A stretch of DNA of 64,000 nt from Mytilus edulis (Eukaryota): NCBI RefSeq assembly GCF_963676685.1, contig NC_092344.1, positions 64,294,001 to 64,358,000 on the forward strand, given 5' to 3'. Below, one piece after another: positions 12,206 to 24,338 of the stretch. The notes beneath the pieces were generated by a model that was not told the DNA's origin, made no database searches, and saw nothing but the letters and a program-made list of their open reading frames with translations. A program made the position numbers and the translations under genes. Each line of letters opens with the position of its first letter. The first letter of the stretch is position 1.

Positions 12206-12519
12206 TATTGAATTATAATCCTGGTACCTTTGATAACAATTTAAGAAGGTTAAGTGCTCGAAGTTGGAAGTGTGGCAGAATAAGTACAGTGTTTATATAC
12301 ATTGATTAAGTTTTAGTCATTTGTTTATACAGGTAAAATTATAAATTGATGGATCAAGTTACTTTTTTATATTATAGCATTCTGAAAACGTAATACTATA
12401 TTATGTACTTTGGTTAATTAGTGGTGAATTACAGCATCATTCTGTTACAGTGTAAAATTGGAAGCAGAGTCAATTTATCTTTTCCAAAAAATTGAAACAA
12501 CACGTTTAATAATTATAAC

Positions 12520-12560
12520 CGTCCGAAGCGCTTTTCTTGATTTAAACTTCATCAGGAAGA
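12520..12560 (-). ncRNA. Degenerate hammerhead ribozyme of a second family
   Basis: Minus strand ttcCTGATGAagtttaaatcaaGAAAagcgcTTC/ggacg. Core boxes, palindromic stem III and UUC site are present; stem II is disrupted. Confidence 0.55.
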
Positions 12561-13080
12561 TGAAATCCGAAGATGAAACGGTTGAATAGCTATATGGCAA
12601 AAATAGCCAAATTCATCTCAAAATCAATATTGCCTGAGAGAGTTGGAACCTTAGTCTTTATAATTTCAAAATTTTATAAAAATTCTATCTAAAATGAAAC
12701 ATTTTCATTTCATTGGATGAAACATGTAAGCTTTTTTTGCGTTTGGCTATGTATATTTTATTTGGTAATCAATTTTACTTGTAATAACAACATTAAACAC
12801 AGATGCAAAAGACACAGAAGGGGCACTCAAAACTGAAATATGGGAATTAAATGTAACCCATTTTTATTTTCTATCTACTATTTGTTCATTGATATGATTT
12901 GTTTATCCCAACGATGGTTTTATACTATGAAATATTAATTTCCTATTCAGGTAAAAATATGGACATACGCAGTATGCATATTTCAGACTCCCTATTTACA
13001 TTATAACGAATGAAGGGGCTATAGATCATTTGCTTTATTGAAATTTATTAGTACATTGTTTATTTGTATGATTTTTGTAG

Positions 13081-13230
13081 GGTTTGCTTGCTAGTGATAC
13101 ATCCATGGCAATAGATATTTGTGAGGAGGAGGATCCCTGCCAATTTCTATTGACCTTTTTGAACAAGATTCCTGCGGGAAATGACCCAGTTATCATTAAG
13201 ACGACGTTGAAGTGTTTTAGATGCAAACAG
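13081..13230 (+). pseudogene. Ubiquitin-specific protease (peptidase C19) gene fragment, exon A
   Basis: ttttgtag|...cag|gtgaga. 150 nt open in phase 0: ...CEEEDPCQFLLTFLNKI (QxD..EFL box-like)...TTLKCFRCKQ (CxxC). Confidence 0.7.
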
Positions 13231-13348
13231 GTGAGATTTTAGCAACACATCAAATTAAATTAGATTCACAATTTTTAAATTATGAAATTGAGAATACTGA
13301 TAAAGGTTGTGATAAATTGAGCCTCAACAGCATTGTATATAATTTCAG

Positions 13349-13462
13349 AAAAGGGATTTGTATGAGGAACATATTATTTGGAGTGTACTTCGTCATCCAC
13401 TTCAATACTGGACTGTTTGAAGAAACGATTAAAACAGAGTCATTAATTGAGGAACAGGCAGT
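13349..13462 (+). pseudogene. USP gene fragment, exon B (frameshifted)
   Basis: aatttcag|...gt|gtaagt. Reads KRDLYEEHIIWSV / SILDCLK / TIKTESLIEEQA in three successive frames. 114 nt, whereas 3n+2 is needed to join exons A and C. Confidence 0.6.
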
Positions 13463-14173
13463 GTAAGTTTTTAAAGTTAACTTTATATTGAAAAAAAAAA
13501 ACTTGTATTATTTAGTGAAAATGTCGGAAATACAAATGTGTACTATGTTTCCAGTATAAGGAACGGAACTCCAAACTCAATAAAACGAGAACAAAAGGAA
13601 TAAGCCAGATTCGTAACAACACAATCGCTATATATATACACTTAGCAAAAAAAAAAAAAAAGAATAAAATATTCAGTATCCATTGATTAAGATATCAGGC
13701 TTTTAAATATGTACACAAGAACTGAGTTTCCTTACTTTGTATTAATTATATATCATAACAAATGTGATAAGTTACTGTAGAAAATTGCAGCATTATAGAA
13801 CTCTGTAAACCAACTTATGTTCGCAATAACTTTATTTCGCGCTTAGAACGTGCAATCCTTTTAGCTCCGATTTACTTTCGCGATCACTAAATTACGTTAT
13901 AATAGTAATAGAAGTAGCATTAAAAGGAACTATGTAGGTTTTAAATTTTCTCGACGATTTTTTTTCGCCTTATTTTTCTACTCACGAAAGTCGCGAAAAC
14001 GAATCGGTAAGTTGTATTAAAGTATATTGCAAACACAGTTTAAGTCAAACAGAGAAACTGTGCGTTTATATGTATCTTCCAAAAGAATGTACAATTCATA
14101 TTCAAATTGATTGTTTCTCATTGAGAAATGATACGAACAACTGCTAATTTTTTCTTTAAACTTTTCTTTAAAG

Positions 14174-14311
14174 TTACTGTCAACAGTGTTGTCAAAACAC
14201 ACCTCACCAAAGGAAGCAGCAATTGCAGAGTGTACCAAATATTTTCGTACTACAACTGAAGAGATTTACGAATTTTCAGAAGAAGATAAGCACTAGAGTG
14301 AAGATCAACGA
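14174..14311 (+). pseudogene. USP gene fragment, exon C
   Basis: ctttaaag|...ga|gtaaga. Open in phase 2: (V)YCQQCCQNTPHQRKQQLQSVPNIFVLQLKRFTNFQKKISTRVKIN, with the CxxC and the diagnostic P.I.VLQLKRF motif. Confidence 0.85.
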
Positions 14312-15162
14312 GTAAGAAGACTTGTATATTTCTTTAAAAGAGATGTTTATTAGAAAACAAGAATGACTGTGTGCAGATATCACCAATAACTATAGGCACG
14401 CATAGTAAACATATCAATCAAGTTTGGTTTACTCTATAATTTGGTATAGGAATACCTAAAAACCGAGCTAATTAATAGGTGTCAAAAGGGGATTTATGTC
14501 ATGAGTATTATGTATTGATTTATTTTGATGATGTATACTATGCATTTAAATTCGCACATACATCGTACGGGAGTATTAACAAGACTTACAAAGAAGGAAA
14601 ACGAAGGAAAACTCATCTCCCTATTCTCATCAACATTTGAAGTTACATTGCTTTATTGCTCGATTGATTTCACTTGACGGGGCGGAGTTTAAGAAATTCT
14701 CTCATTTAAGACTAGTCCACTAAAGACCGGCGTTTAGGGATAAGCTCATCAATGATGTATCCAGTTATTCGTCACACATCTTACATTCAGTTATTTTGTT
14801 TATACGTTTGATGACACTGATTAGTGATTAGAGTTGAAAAATAATTATAACGGCAATCATCCTTATCACACACATCTTTAAATATACTGTCCTTATGCAA
14901 ATTAAAACATAAGCTTCGCCCGATCAATTGAAATAACATTGGTAATACGTGCTTGCATTATTGCAGTAGTATTTTAAGTTGGTATAGAAGTAATATTCTT
15001 TATGAAAATACTTCTTTTCGTTGATATTGAACAATGATAACATTTGAACGAAGAATAAAATAGCATGACTTTGGTAGGAACATTTCCTCAGTTCATAATA
15101 TTACCGTAAATATCTGATATTGAAATAATTGAAATTTATAATTTTGTTAATTTGTTTTACAG

Positions 15163-15239
15163 GATTATACGTCCTCGATCTTTAAACGGTGAAAATAAAA
15201 TGGAAAATGATTCAATGGTTGAAGAGGAAGAAATAACCG
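15163..15239 (+). pseudogene. Probable USP gene fragment, exon D
   Basis: ttgttttacag|...g|gtagat. Phase-compatible with exon C and open: (E)IIRPRSLNGENKMENDSMVEEEEIT. Confidence 0.55.
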
Positions 15240-15425
15240 GTAGATAAGAGAATATCACATTTTGAAAATAATTTAGAAGTAAATAATAAGAGTACATAAT
15301 ACACCTATTTCCAGAATAAGAAATAAACTTCAAATACTTTCAAAGCGGTTTGTGTTTGTACCGGCCGACAAAACAGCCAACAATATGGTGGTGGTATGCT
15401 GTAAAAACTACACGGACGTTCTTAA

Positions 15426-16017
15426 GGTAGATCATAAGTATATATTTTTTGAGACAGAATTTTCTTATAATTTGCCAAAATGAAGATTTTACTATGCTTT
15501 TGTCAAAAATATAATAAAATGTATGGGTCACCGTGCTATTTTTCAAACTATGAGTCGTTGAAAATTGCCTAAATTTGTTTAGTTTGTTCATGAAAATACA
15601 CATAAGTGTGCATAAAAAAAATTATGAGACAGAATTTTGAAATAAATTGTGAAAAGATAGGTTTCATAATATGTTTTAAGAAAATGAAAAGAAAACATAG
15701 TGTCACCGAACTTGTTTTCTTGCTACAAGTCAAAATTAAAAATTTCCCTATTAGCCCAGTATAAATTTTGTATTAAAAGAGTTATCTCCCCTTAAATGGC
15801 TCATTTGAAAAAAAAATGTTTTTAAAAACACAAAAATTTGATATTTTGATAAAATATTTTGAATAATACAATAAATTAACTAGTTTTCTTAATATAAAAA
15901 ACAGTCTAACCATTAAATTGCAAATCTGTTTCCAAATTTGCAGATTTGGGTAAATAACTAGACCGATTTTGTACTGTGATTGTACAATCCAAGATGGCGG
16001 TATACCATGAATCTTCC
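15426..16017. mobile_element. Non-autonomous TTAA-flanked TIR element (Kolobok-like)
   Basis: TTAA|ggtagatcataagtata ... tataccatgaatcttcc|TTAA. GG..CC termini; internal agttatctccc motif. Confidence 0.75.
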
Positions 16018-16019
16018 TT

Positions 16020-18150
16020 AAGAATGAAATTTTAAATTCATCTACATTCAAGTCCATCCGCTCCACAGAGAGTCATATAGTAAACAAGCATATCGCAACC
16101 ACATCAAAGCTTAAGGCTTCTTCTGAACGTTTGAAGGTCCCTACTATTGGCTACCTAAACTACACAAAAAACCATTTAAATATCGTTTCATCTCGGCCTC
16201 TAGTAAGTGCTCTACAACTAATCTTTCAGTGCTCTTAACTAGTTCATTAACTACTATTAAAGAGCTTATCATAAACTATTGTAAAAAAATATATGAACAT
16301 AGTGGTATAAACCATTTTTAGAGTGTAAACAATTCTTTGGATGTTTTAGATATATTACGTGCTTTTGATTCTGTTAATAGTTTTGATTTTTCTACTCTTT
16401 ACACTACACTTCCACATTATCTTAATAAACAAAAGTTTTCCTATTTAATTAAATGGTAATTTGGTAAAGCTGAATGTAGATATATTTGCTGCAACTCATT
16501 TAAAGCCTTCTTCTCTAATGAGAAAGGTAAATATGCTAGATATACTTACTGGAGGTGTGATGGATGATTGAAGTTGTTAATTTTTTCCTTGATAATATTT
16601 ATGTACGTTTCGGCAACAAAGTTTATCGACAGGTTGTAGGTATCCTCATGGGCACTAAGTGTGCCCCTTTAATAGCAGACTTGTTTTTGTACTGTTACGA
16701 ATCACAGTTTTTGACTAAACTTAGTAAAGACCCATCGAAAATAAATTCAACAACACTTACCGTTATCTTGATGATATTTTTTCGTTATATAATCAAGAAT
16801 TTTCTCAATATACTGCTGAAATTTACCCCAAGGAACTTACTTTAAATAAATCAAATTTATTCGGTAATAATTGTCCGTTCCTGGATTTAGATATTTCGGT
16901 TTTAAACAGTAACTCCACACTAAAATTTACGACAAAAGAGACGATTTTTCGTTCCCTATTGTTAATTTTCCATTTTTAGATGGTGATGTTCCTTTGGCAC
17001 CATCTTACGGTGTTTATATTTCACAACTTGTTCGCTGTGTTTATATTTCACAACTTGTTCGCTATGCCCGTGTCTGTTTTGACGTTTTTTTTTATTTTAA
17101 CGAACGTAACCTATGTATTACTGGTAAAGTATTAAAGAAGGGATATCGTTACCATAAATTACTTAAAACCTTTACTAAATTTTTCCATAGATATAAAGAT
17201 TTGGTATTGAAGTTTGGTTGGTTGTACCTGTAGAAAACTTATTTCCAACGGGATAGCACGTCATCATTTTTACGGAAATGTTGTTAACCGTGCCCGGAAA
17301 TTTAGAAATGATCCATGTAAACTTGTCGCTCCTTAAAATAAACTTGTACTAAAATGTTACCTATTCAACACTGTAATAAGATCATTGAACATTGTTTTTA
17401 TTGGTATAAATATTGATTTTGTTATCAGTAAATTAAAAGCTAATTTAATATTACTGGTATGCTATAAACATATACATATTCATGGATCTACAATCTGTCG
17501 ATACCTGTAACTTGGCATTGCACAAGGTCATGATTTTCTCTGGTTGTTTATGACGTCTTTACACTAAACCCATTGGATGTGTACGGATTGATAGTTTAGT
17601 CTTAGATGCATGATTTTTTATTAGTTGTTAGTGGCTTTGAACTAGCTGTCAGATAACTGCGAGTACTCTCAAATCTGTTCATTGTGTCTTTTTGTGTCAG
17701 GATGTATAAGTACCCGGCCACGTCTACTTGTATTTTTGTCTATCTGATGAGTTAAGCCTTTTTCAACTAGATTTTTATAGTTCGTTCTTATGTTGTACTG
17801 TTATACCACTGTCCCAGGTTAGGGGGAGGGTTGGGATCCCGCTAACATGTTTAACCCCGCCACATTATTTATGTATGTGCCTGTTCAAAGTCAGGAACCT
17901 GTAAATTCAGTGGTTGTTGTCTATGTGTTACATATTTGTTTTTCGTTCATTGTTTTTTTACTTAAATAAGGCCGTTAGTTTTCTCGGTTGAATTGCTTTA
18001 CCTTGTCGGGGCCTGTTATAGCTGTCTATGCGGTATGGGCTTTGCTCGTTGTTGAAGGCCGTACGGTGACCTATAGTTGTTAATGTCTGTGTCATTTTGG
18101 TCTTTTGTGGATAGTTGTCTCATTGGCAATCATACCATATCTTCTTTTTT
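16020..18150 (+). mobile_element. Second Penelope-like (Naiad-type) element: degenerate RT plus ~700-bp 3' tail
   Basis: YWLPKLHKKPFKYRFISASSKCST; FDFSTLYTTLPH; GILMGTKCAPLIADLFLYCYE; YRYLDD; KIYDKRDDF; PSYGVYISQLVR. The coding region ends near 17445 without an endonuclease. The tail ends cattggcaatcataccatatcttc-T-run. Confidence 0.88.
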
Positions 18151-21055
18151 TTTATAAAACAATTATATGAAGGGTTTGAACAATTTAAGTTAGCACACTT
18201 ACAGTGTTTAGATTTGTGTAGACAATCAGAAGTTATAGCAAATTTGGAAGTGAACTATGAACGTTGTCATGAGAACTTTGTAGAATTCCGGGATAGATTT
18301 TCCCAGTACATCGCGAGTGAAAAATCGCATAAAGAGGAAATACCCGAAGAAAGTGATACAGTTTCAATTGATAGCAGTTTGAGTTCACGATCTTCAGTTT
18401 CATCACAATGTAGATTTCGCAGTGCCAAAGCTTATCGGCTCATCGCAGAACTTAAACTCAGGAAATTATCAGAACAGCATGAACTAGAGCGTGCACAAAT
18501 AGAAATTAAATTCAGACAACAGGTATTTAATCAACGATCCGAGATGGAAGAGGCCAATCTCGAAGAATAGGTGTAGCAAGAAGCAGTGGAAGAAGACACA
18601 GATAATAACAGTGGAATCATGAACATTCGGAACATTTCGCAAACAGTCTCGCAAACATTACAGAGCTCTATTCATGAGAGTGAAAAGGAATGTATTAATA
18701 TGAACTCTATTTCCGGACAAACTGCATTAACTGATTAACCAATATTGTACTCCCGATACGGTAGGCAACATGTAATTGCTAGATCATTTATTGAAAAATA
18801 AGTATACGGCGCTTAGATTAAAGCGTGAGATATTGAAGGTTTGTCTAAATTGGCATTAGAAATGCAAAAATGTGAAATCACATTGTCTCAGTCATGTCAG
18901 TTAGGCTTTAATTCAGATATGGATAATTCTGAAAATTTGAGGTGTATTGTTAAACGCCTTCCAATGCATATGAGAACAAGATGGGTCGATATTGCTCATT
19001 CAATTAGCGAGTCTGGTAGAGAACCCCGGTTTTCTGATTTAGCTAAATTTGTAGACGAAAAATCATTGCTAGTTCTATGTATGGTTACGATCTTTGTAGA
19101 GAAAACAATCAGAACACGACTAATAATAGGGTTTTTATAAGTAAACATCTTAATAATGATACAGTTAAGAGTAAGGTTACTTTTTTAAGTACTCAAAGTT
19201 TAAATAACACAGCTAAGTATGAGCACAAATGTAACTGTTGTACAGGTACATGTGTAGATTAGACATCTTGTAGCAAATTCAAGTCAATGAGTTTAGATAA
19301 TAGGTATAAATTAGTACGCATGTTAAAATTGTGTTATAATTGTTTAAAAGGGAGGCATTTTGCTAACAATTGTAGAAAACCAAAAGCATGCACTGTATCT
19401 GACTGTAATGTTAAGCATAATATTTTATTGCATAGTTGGTCTAAGCCCGGTTTTGATCATGCAGCTACCCAGCCTTCAGTTAATTGCAGCACAGCTACTA
19501 AAGGTTCTATGATTAAGAACTGTTTAGGGATTATTCCTGTCCTCGTTAAGGGTCAGAACGGTAACTCTTGCAAAACATATGCCTTGCTAGATGACGGAGC
19601 AGATAAAACTTTATGTGATAAACGATTACTTCAGAAATTAAATATAGCCAGCAAGCCGGTCACTTTCCAGATGTCTACTGTTAGCTCTTCTGGTAGTACA
19701 ATTCACGGTCAAGAAGTTGACTTACAAGTAAAAGCTATTGACGGAAATGATAACGTGTCTTTAGAAAAGGTCTGGTCAGTAAAAAAGCTTCCAATTTCAG
19801 CTCGATCTGCCGCAGAAAATGTAGATATAAGAAAATTGCCGTATTTAGCCGATATACAGATACCCTCTACTGATTTAACCGAGGTCATGTTGTTTATTGG
19901 TACAGGTTCATCTAACGCTCACATTCCGCTAGAAGTAAGGTCCGGTAACGAAAACCAACCATATGCAATTCGCTGACGCCTCATGGTCCTATTGAAAATA
20001 CGCATGCGTCAAATGTTATAAATGTACATTTTGAGGAGGCAAGAGATGTTTTGTTGCAGCGAAAATTAGAACGGATGTGGACCTCTGATTTTGATGATAG
20101 AGCACGAGAAGACAAGAATGGCTTGCCTATAGAGGATAAAGAGGCTATGAAAATGATGGAATCGTCTATAACGCAGGAAGATGGCCATTACAAGCTCGGG
20201 CTACCTTGGCGCGATAGAGAGACCAGGCTACCAAATAACATGGTTCTTGCACATGCCCGCTTACAACAATTGAAACGCAAATTGTCAAGTAATGACACGT
20301 TACATAAAATGTATACGACAACTGTTAATGATTACATAGAAAAGGGATATGCCAAGGAGGTGACTAATATTGAGTCTAAATCAAAATGTGTTTGGTATTT
20401 ACCTCATCACCCAATAACAAATGAAAAATAAACCTGGAAAAGTTCGTGTAGTATTTGACTGCGCATCGAAGTATCAAGGAATTTCACTCAACAGCCAACT
20501 CCTACAGGGGCCCGATTTAATAAATAGTTTAGTAGGTGTAATTATCAGGTTCAGACAAGACAAAGTAGCTCTAGCTGCCGATATTGAAGCCATGTTTCAT
20601 CAGGTACGTGTTCGAGAAGACGACTGTGATGCGTTGCGGTTTTTATGGTGGCCTAACGGGAATTTAGATCGGAAACCTAAAATTTATTGCATGAACGTTC
20701 ACTTGTTTGGGGCTACATCGTCGCCAAGTTGTACTGCATATGCACTTAAACGTACGACAAGAGACTAAGCACATTTATTTGACCAAGAAGTTGCGCTTAC
20801 TGTAGAAAGACATTTCTACGTCGACGACTGCCTGAAATCTGTATCATCAGAGCAACAAGCTATTAAACTCGCTACAGACCTGCAATCAATGATGAAAATG
20901 GGTGGTTTCCGACTTACAAAATGACTCAGTAACAGTAGAAATGTTTTGAATGCAATTCCAGAATCAGAACGCGCTTCATCTGTAGTCAGTCTTGGACCTA
21001 GTGATACGTTGCCAAGTGACAAAGCCTTGGGCGTTATTTGGGATGTTAATGAAGA

Positions 21056-21962
21056 CAAGAGGCTGTCACAACGACAGCAAACCGGATTTATTAACATTTA
21101 TTTGTGTCCTGGCAATATCACAAGAACCATTACTGATGAATGGTGAAAGTGAAAATCGTCATTATCAAATTTGACCTCCATTTTGTCATCAGTATCAACA
21201 TTTTAAAATTTGAAAAGCTTAGATTGAATGGTTCATGAGTAAATGCAACAACCTGAATGGAAACGCCATTTTACGATCTTTCAAGAACCATAACTCCTGA
21301 ACGGTAAAAGTCAAAATCGTCATTATTGAACTTGACCTCTATTTTGTCATCAGTAACAACATATTAAAATTTCAAAAGCTTTGGTTGAATGGTTCATGAG
21401 AAAATGCACGGACACGACGGGAAAAACCATTTTTCAATCTTTCAAGAACCATAACTCCTGAACGGTAAAAGTCAAAATCGTCATTATTGAACTTGACCTC
21501 CATTTTGTCATTAGTAACAGCATATTAAAATTTCGGAAGCTTTGGTAGAACAGTTCATGCATAAATGCACGCACACGACTGGAAACTCCATTTTTCAATC
21601 TTTCAAGAACCATAACTCCTGAACGGTAAAAGTCAAATTCGTCATTATTGAACTTGACCTCCATTCTTTCATTAGTAACAACATATTAAAATTTGGGAAG
21701 CTTTGGTAGAACAGTTCATGCGTAAATGCACGGACAACTCCATTTTTCAATCTTTCAGGAACCATAACTCCTGAACGGTAAAAGTCAAAATCGCCATTAT
21801 TGAACTTGACCTTCGTATAGTTGTCAGGAATAACATATTAGAATTTTAAAAGCTTTGGTTGAACGGTTCAGGAGTTAATGCACGGACAACATTTGATTGC
21901 CGCCCGCCCGCCGTACATCCCCAAATCAATAACCGACATTTTTGTCACAAAAATCCGGTTAA
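21056..21962 (-). mobile_element. Helentron-type non-autonomous element (HINE/pearl-like) with internal 161-bp tandem repeats, inserted in the BEL RT
   Basis: Subterminal inverted repeat aaccggattt / aaatccggtt; repeat units at 21122, 21283, 21444, 21605 and 21757; (ccgc)n tract; no TSD. Removal restores WDVNEDKIKFKVKL. Confidence 0.85.
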
Positions 21963-24338
21963 TAAAATCAAATTTAAAGTAAAACTATCAGACAAACCTC
22001 TGACAAGGCGTGGTATACTATCAATCGTTAGCTCCATATTTGACCCTCTTGGACTGGTTTCTCCAGTTACGCTTAGAGCAAAAGCTATTGTACAGCTCTT
22101 ATGCAAAGAGATGTTTGGATGGGATAACAGATTCCACAAGAGTAAACTGATAAATGGAAACGTTGGGTGAAGAACTTACCATGTTTAGAAAATTTGTACG
22201 TAAACCGTTGTTTCCTACCACGAGATGTTCAACATGTTAAAAATGTACAATTGCACTTATTGTAATAGTGACGGTTCAAAACTTTGATATGGCGCGTGTG
22301 CATACCTCAGGGTCGTTGATGAAAATGACAGAACAACTTATTCTCTTATGATGGGAAAAGCTCGCTTAGCACCAATTAAACAGGTTTCAATACCAAGACT
22401 TGAATTATCAGGAGCTGTTACTGCTTGTCGTTTGTATGAAATTTTGTCAGATGAACTTGAATTAAAGATAAATACGGTTACCTTATGGACAGATTCAACG
22501 ATTGTGTTAGGGTACATTAGAAATACGTCACGACGATTTAAAACTTTCGTTTTTGAGCGTTATACATAATACAACATCTCTAGATCAGTGGCGTCACGTT
22601 GACTCCAAACGAAACCCTGCTGATATAGCGTTAAGAGGCATTGACGCCTGCGATAGAAAAAATCTCGATATTTGGTTGAACGGTCCAAAGTTTCTTCATA
22701 AAAACTCTGAGCACTGGCCAAGAAACGTACTGGACGAAGAACTAGGGATATCTGAGACTAATACTGAAATCAAGAAAGAGCTATACATGCTACAACCAAT
22801 AATGCCATCGACAATTTGTTAGGATACTTCTCCGACTGGATAAAACTTAGACGAGCTATTGCATGGTTTAGGAGATTTAAGATTTATTGCAGAAATCGTT
22901 ACCTTGGACATCATTTGCCGTGTAACAGTGGTAATCTTAATGTAACAGAACTTCGGGAGGCTACCGATGAAATATTAGTACATGTAGGCTACCGATGAAA
23001 TATTAGCACATGTCCAAATGAGTTATTTTTCAGATGATATAACAAACTTGAAGAAAGTAAAGCCCGTGTAAAAAGGAAGCCGTATTGCTTCTCTCAATCC
23101 TGTTTTGGTCAATGAACTTATCCGATCGAAAGGGGCCTAAATTTTGACTTAAGCACTTGTCCCGTGATACTGCCAAACAAACATCACGTGACTACGCTTA
23201 TTATCCGTTATTATCACGAAACCATGGGACACGTGGAAAAACAACCGGCGCTTGCAGCTTCTCTTCGCGAAAAATATTGGATATTGAAAGGATCCAGTGC
23301 TGTGAAGACAGTTATCGATCGTTGCGTACCATGCAAACGACAACATGGTCCGTTTTGTAAACAGTAGATGGCACCCCTACTCGAGGAACAGATGACTGCA
23401 GATAAATCTCCTTTTACCTTTGTCGGAGTTGACTACTTTGGTCTTTTAAACGTTAAACTTGGACGGTCAGTTGTTAAGAGATATGGATGCCTCTTTACGT
23501 GCCTTACAACAAGAGCTGTTCATAAGAAATAGCACACAGTTTAAATACGGATTCTTTTATTTCAGCCTTTCAACGCTTTAGACGAGGCATTCCCGAAAAG
23601 GTCTACAGTGACAATGGAACACATTTCGTTAGCGGTGAAATCGAACTTCGAAAAAACATTGAACAATGGAATAAAGCAACTATATCAAATTATATGCTAC
23701 ACAAGGACATTATTTGGACATTTAATCCACCATATGCAATTCACCGCAGTGGTGCATGGGAACGAATGATTCGTTCAACAAGGAACATTTTTAAAGCACT
23801 GATCAATCAACAACTACTTAGCGATGAACAATTACTGACATTTATGGCCGAAACTAAGCGTATTATGAATGATAGACCGATAACAGCAGTAAGTGACGAT
23901 TGTCGTGATTTACCAGTTTTAACGCCAAATATGCTATTATGAAGAGCAACACGTCAACACCACAAGGTGTGTTTGACAAAAAAGGATATATATGCAAAAC
24001 GATGGTTGAAACAAATACAACACCTAGCGAATGAATTCTGGAAACGTTTGTTGAGGGAATTCTTACCAACCCTACAGCAAAGAAGCAAATGGCAGAGGGA
24101 ACAACGATATGTTGAAATAGACGATATTGTTTTAGTTGCTGATGAACGTATACAGAGAGGACAATGGCCTTTATCCGTAGCTGTGTGGTCAAAACTAGCC
24201 AGTCACAGATTTTGAGACCTATAAATAAGCTATGCTTACTCGAGTGTTCTAAATAGAACTATTTTTTATTGGTGACAAAATTGTATTACATTTTTCAAAC
24301 TGTATTAAGAAATTATTTGGTAATTTCATTGTGGGGAG

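Noticed and set aside
12011-13015. Further upstream USP exons (acceptors near 12010, 12332 and 12950)
   Set aside because: In-frame stops or missing donors, and no Cys-box (GL.N.GN.C) motif recognised.
13221-13466. 81-aa ORF as a stand-alone CDS
   Set aside because: It reads through an intron; only its end belongs to USP exon B.
17743-17775. ctgatgagttaagcc (also at ~26394, ~35817 and ~38454) as a hammerhead core
   Set aside because: No GAAA box or stem II follows; it is only part of the PLE-2 tail.
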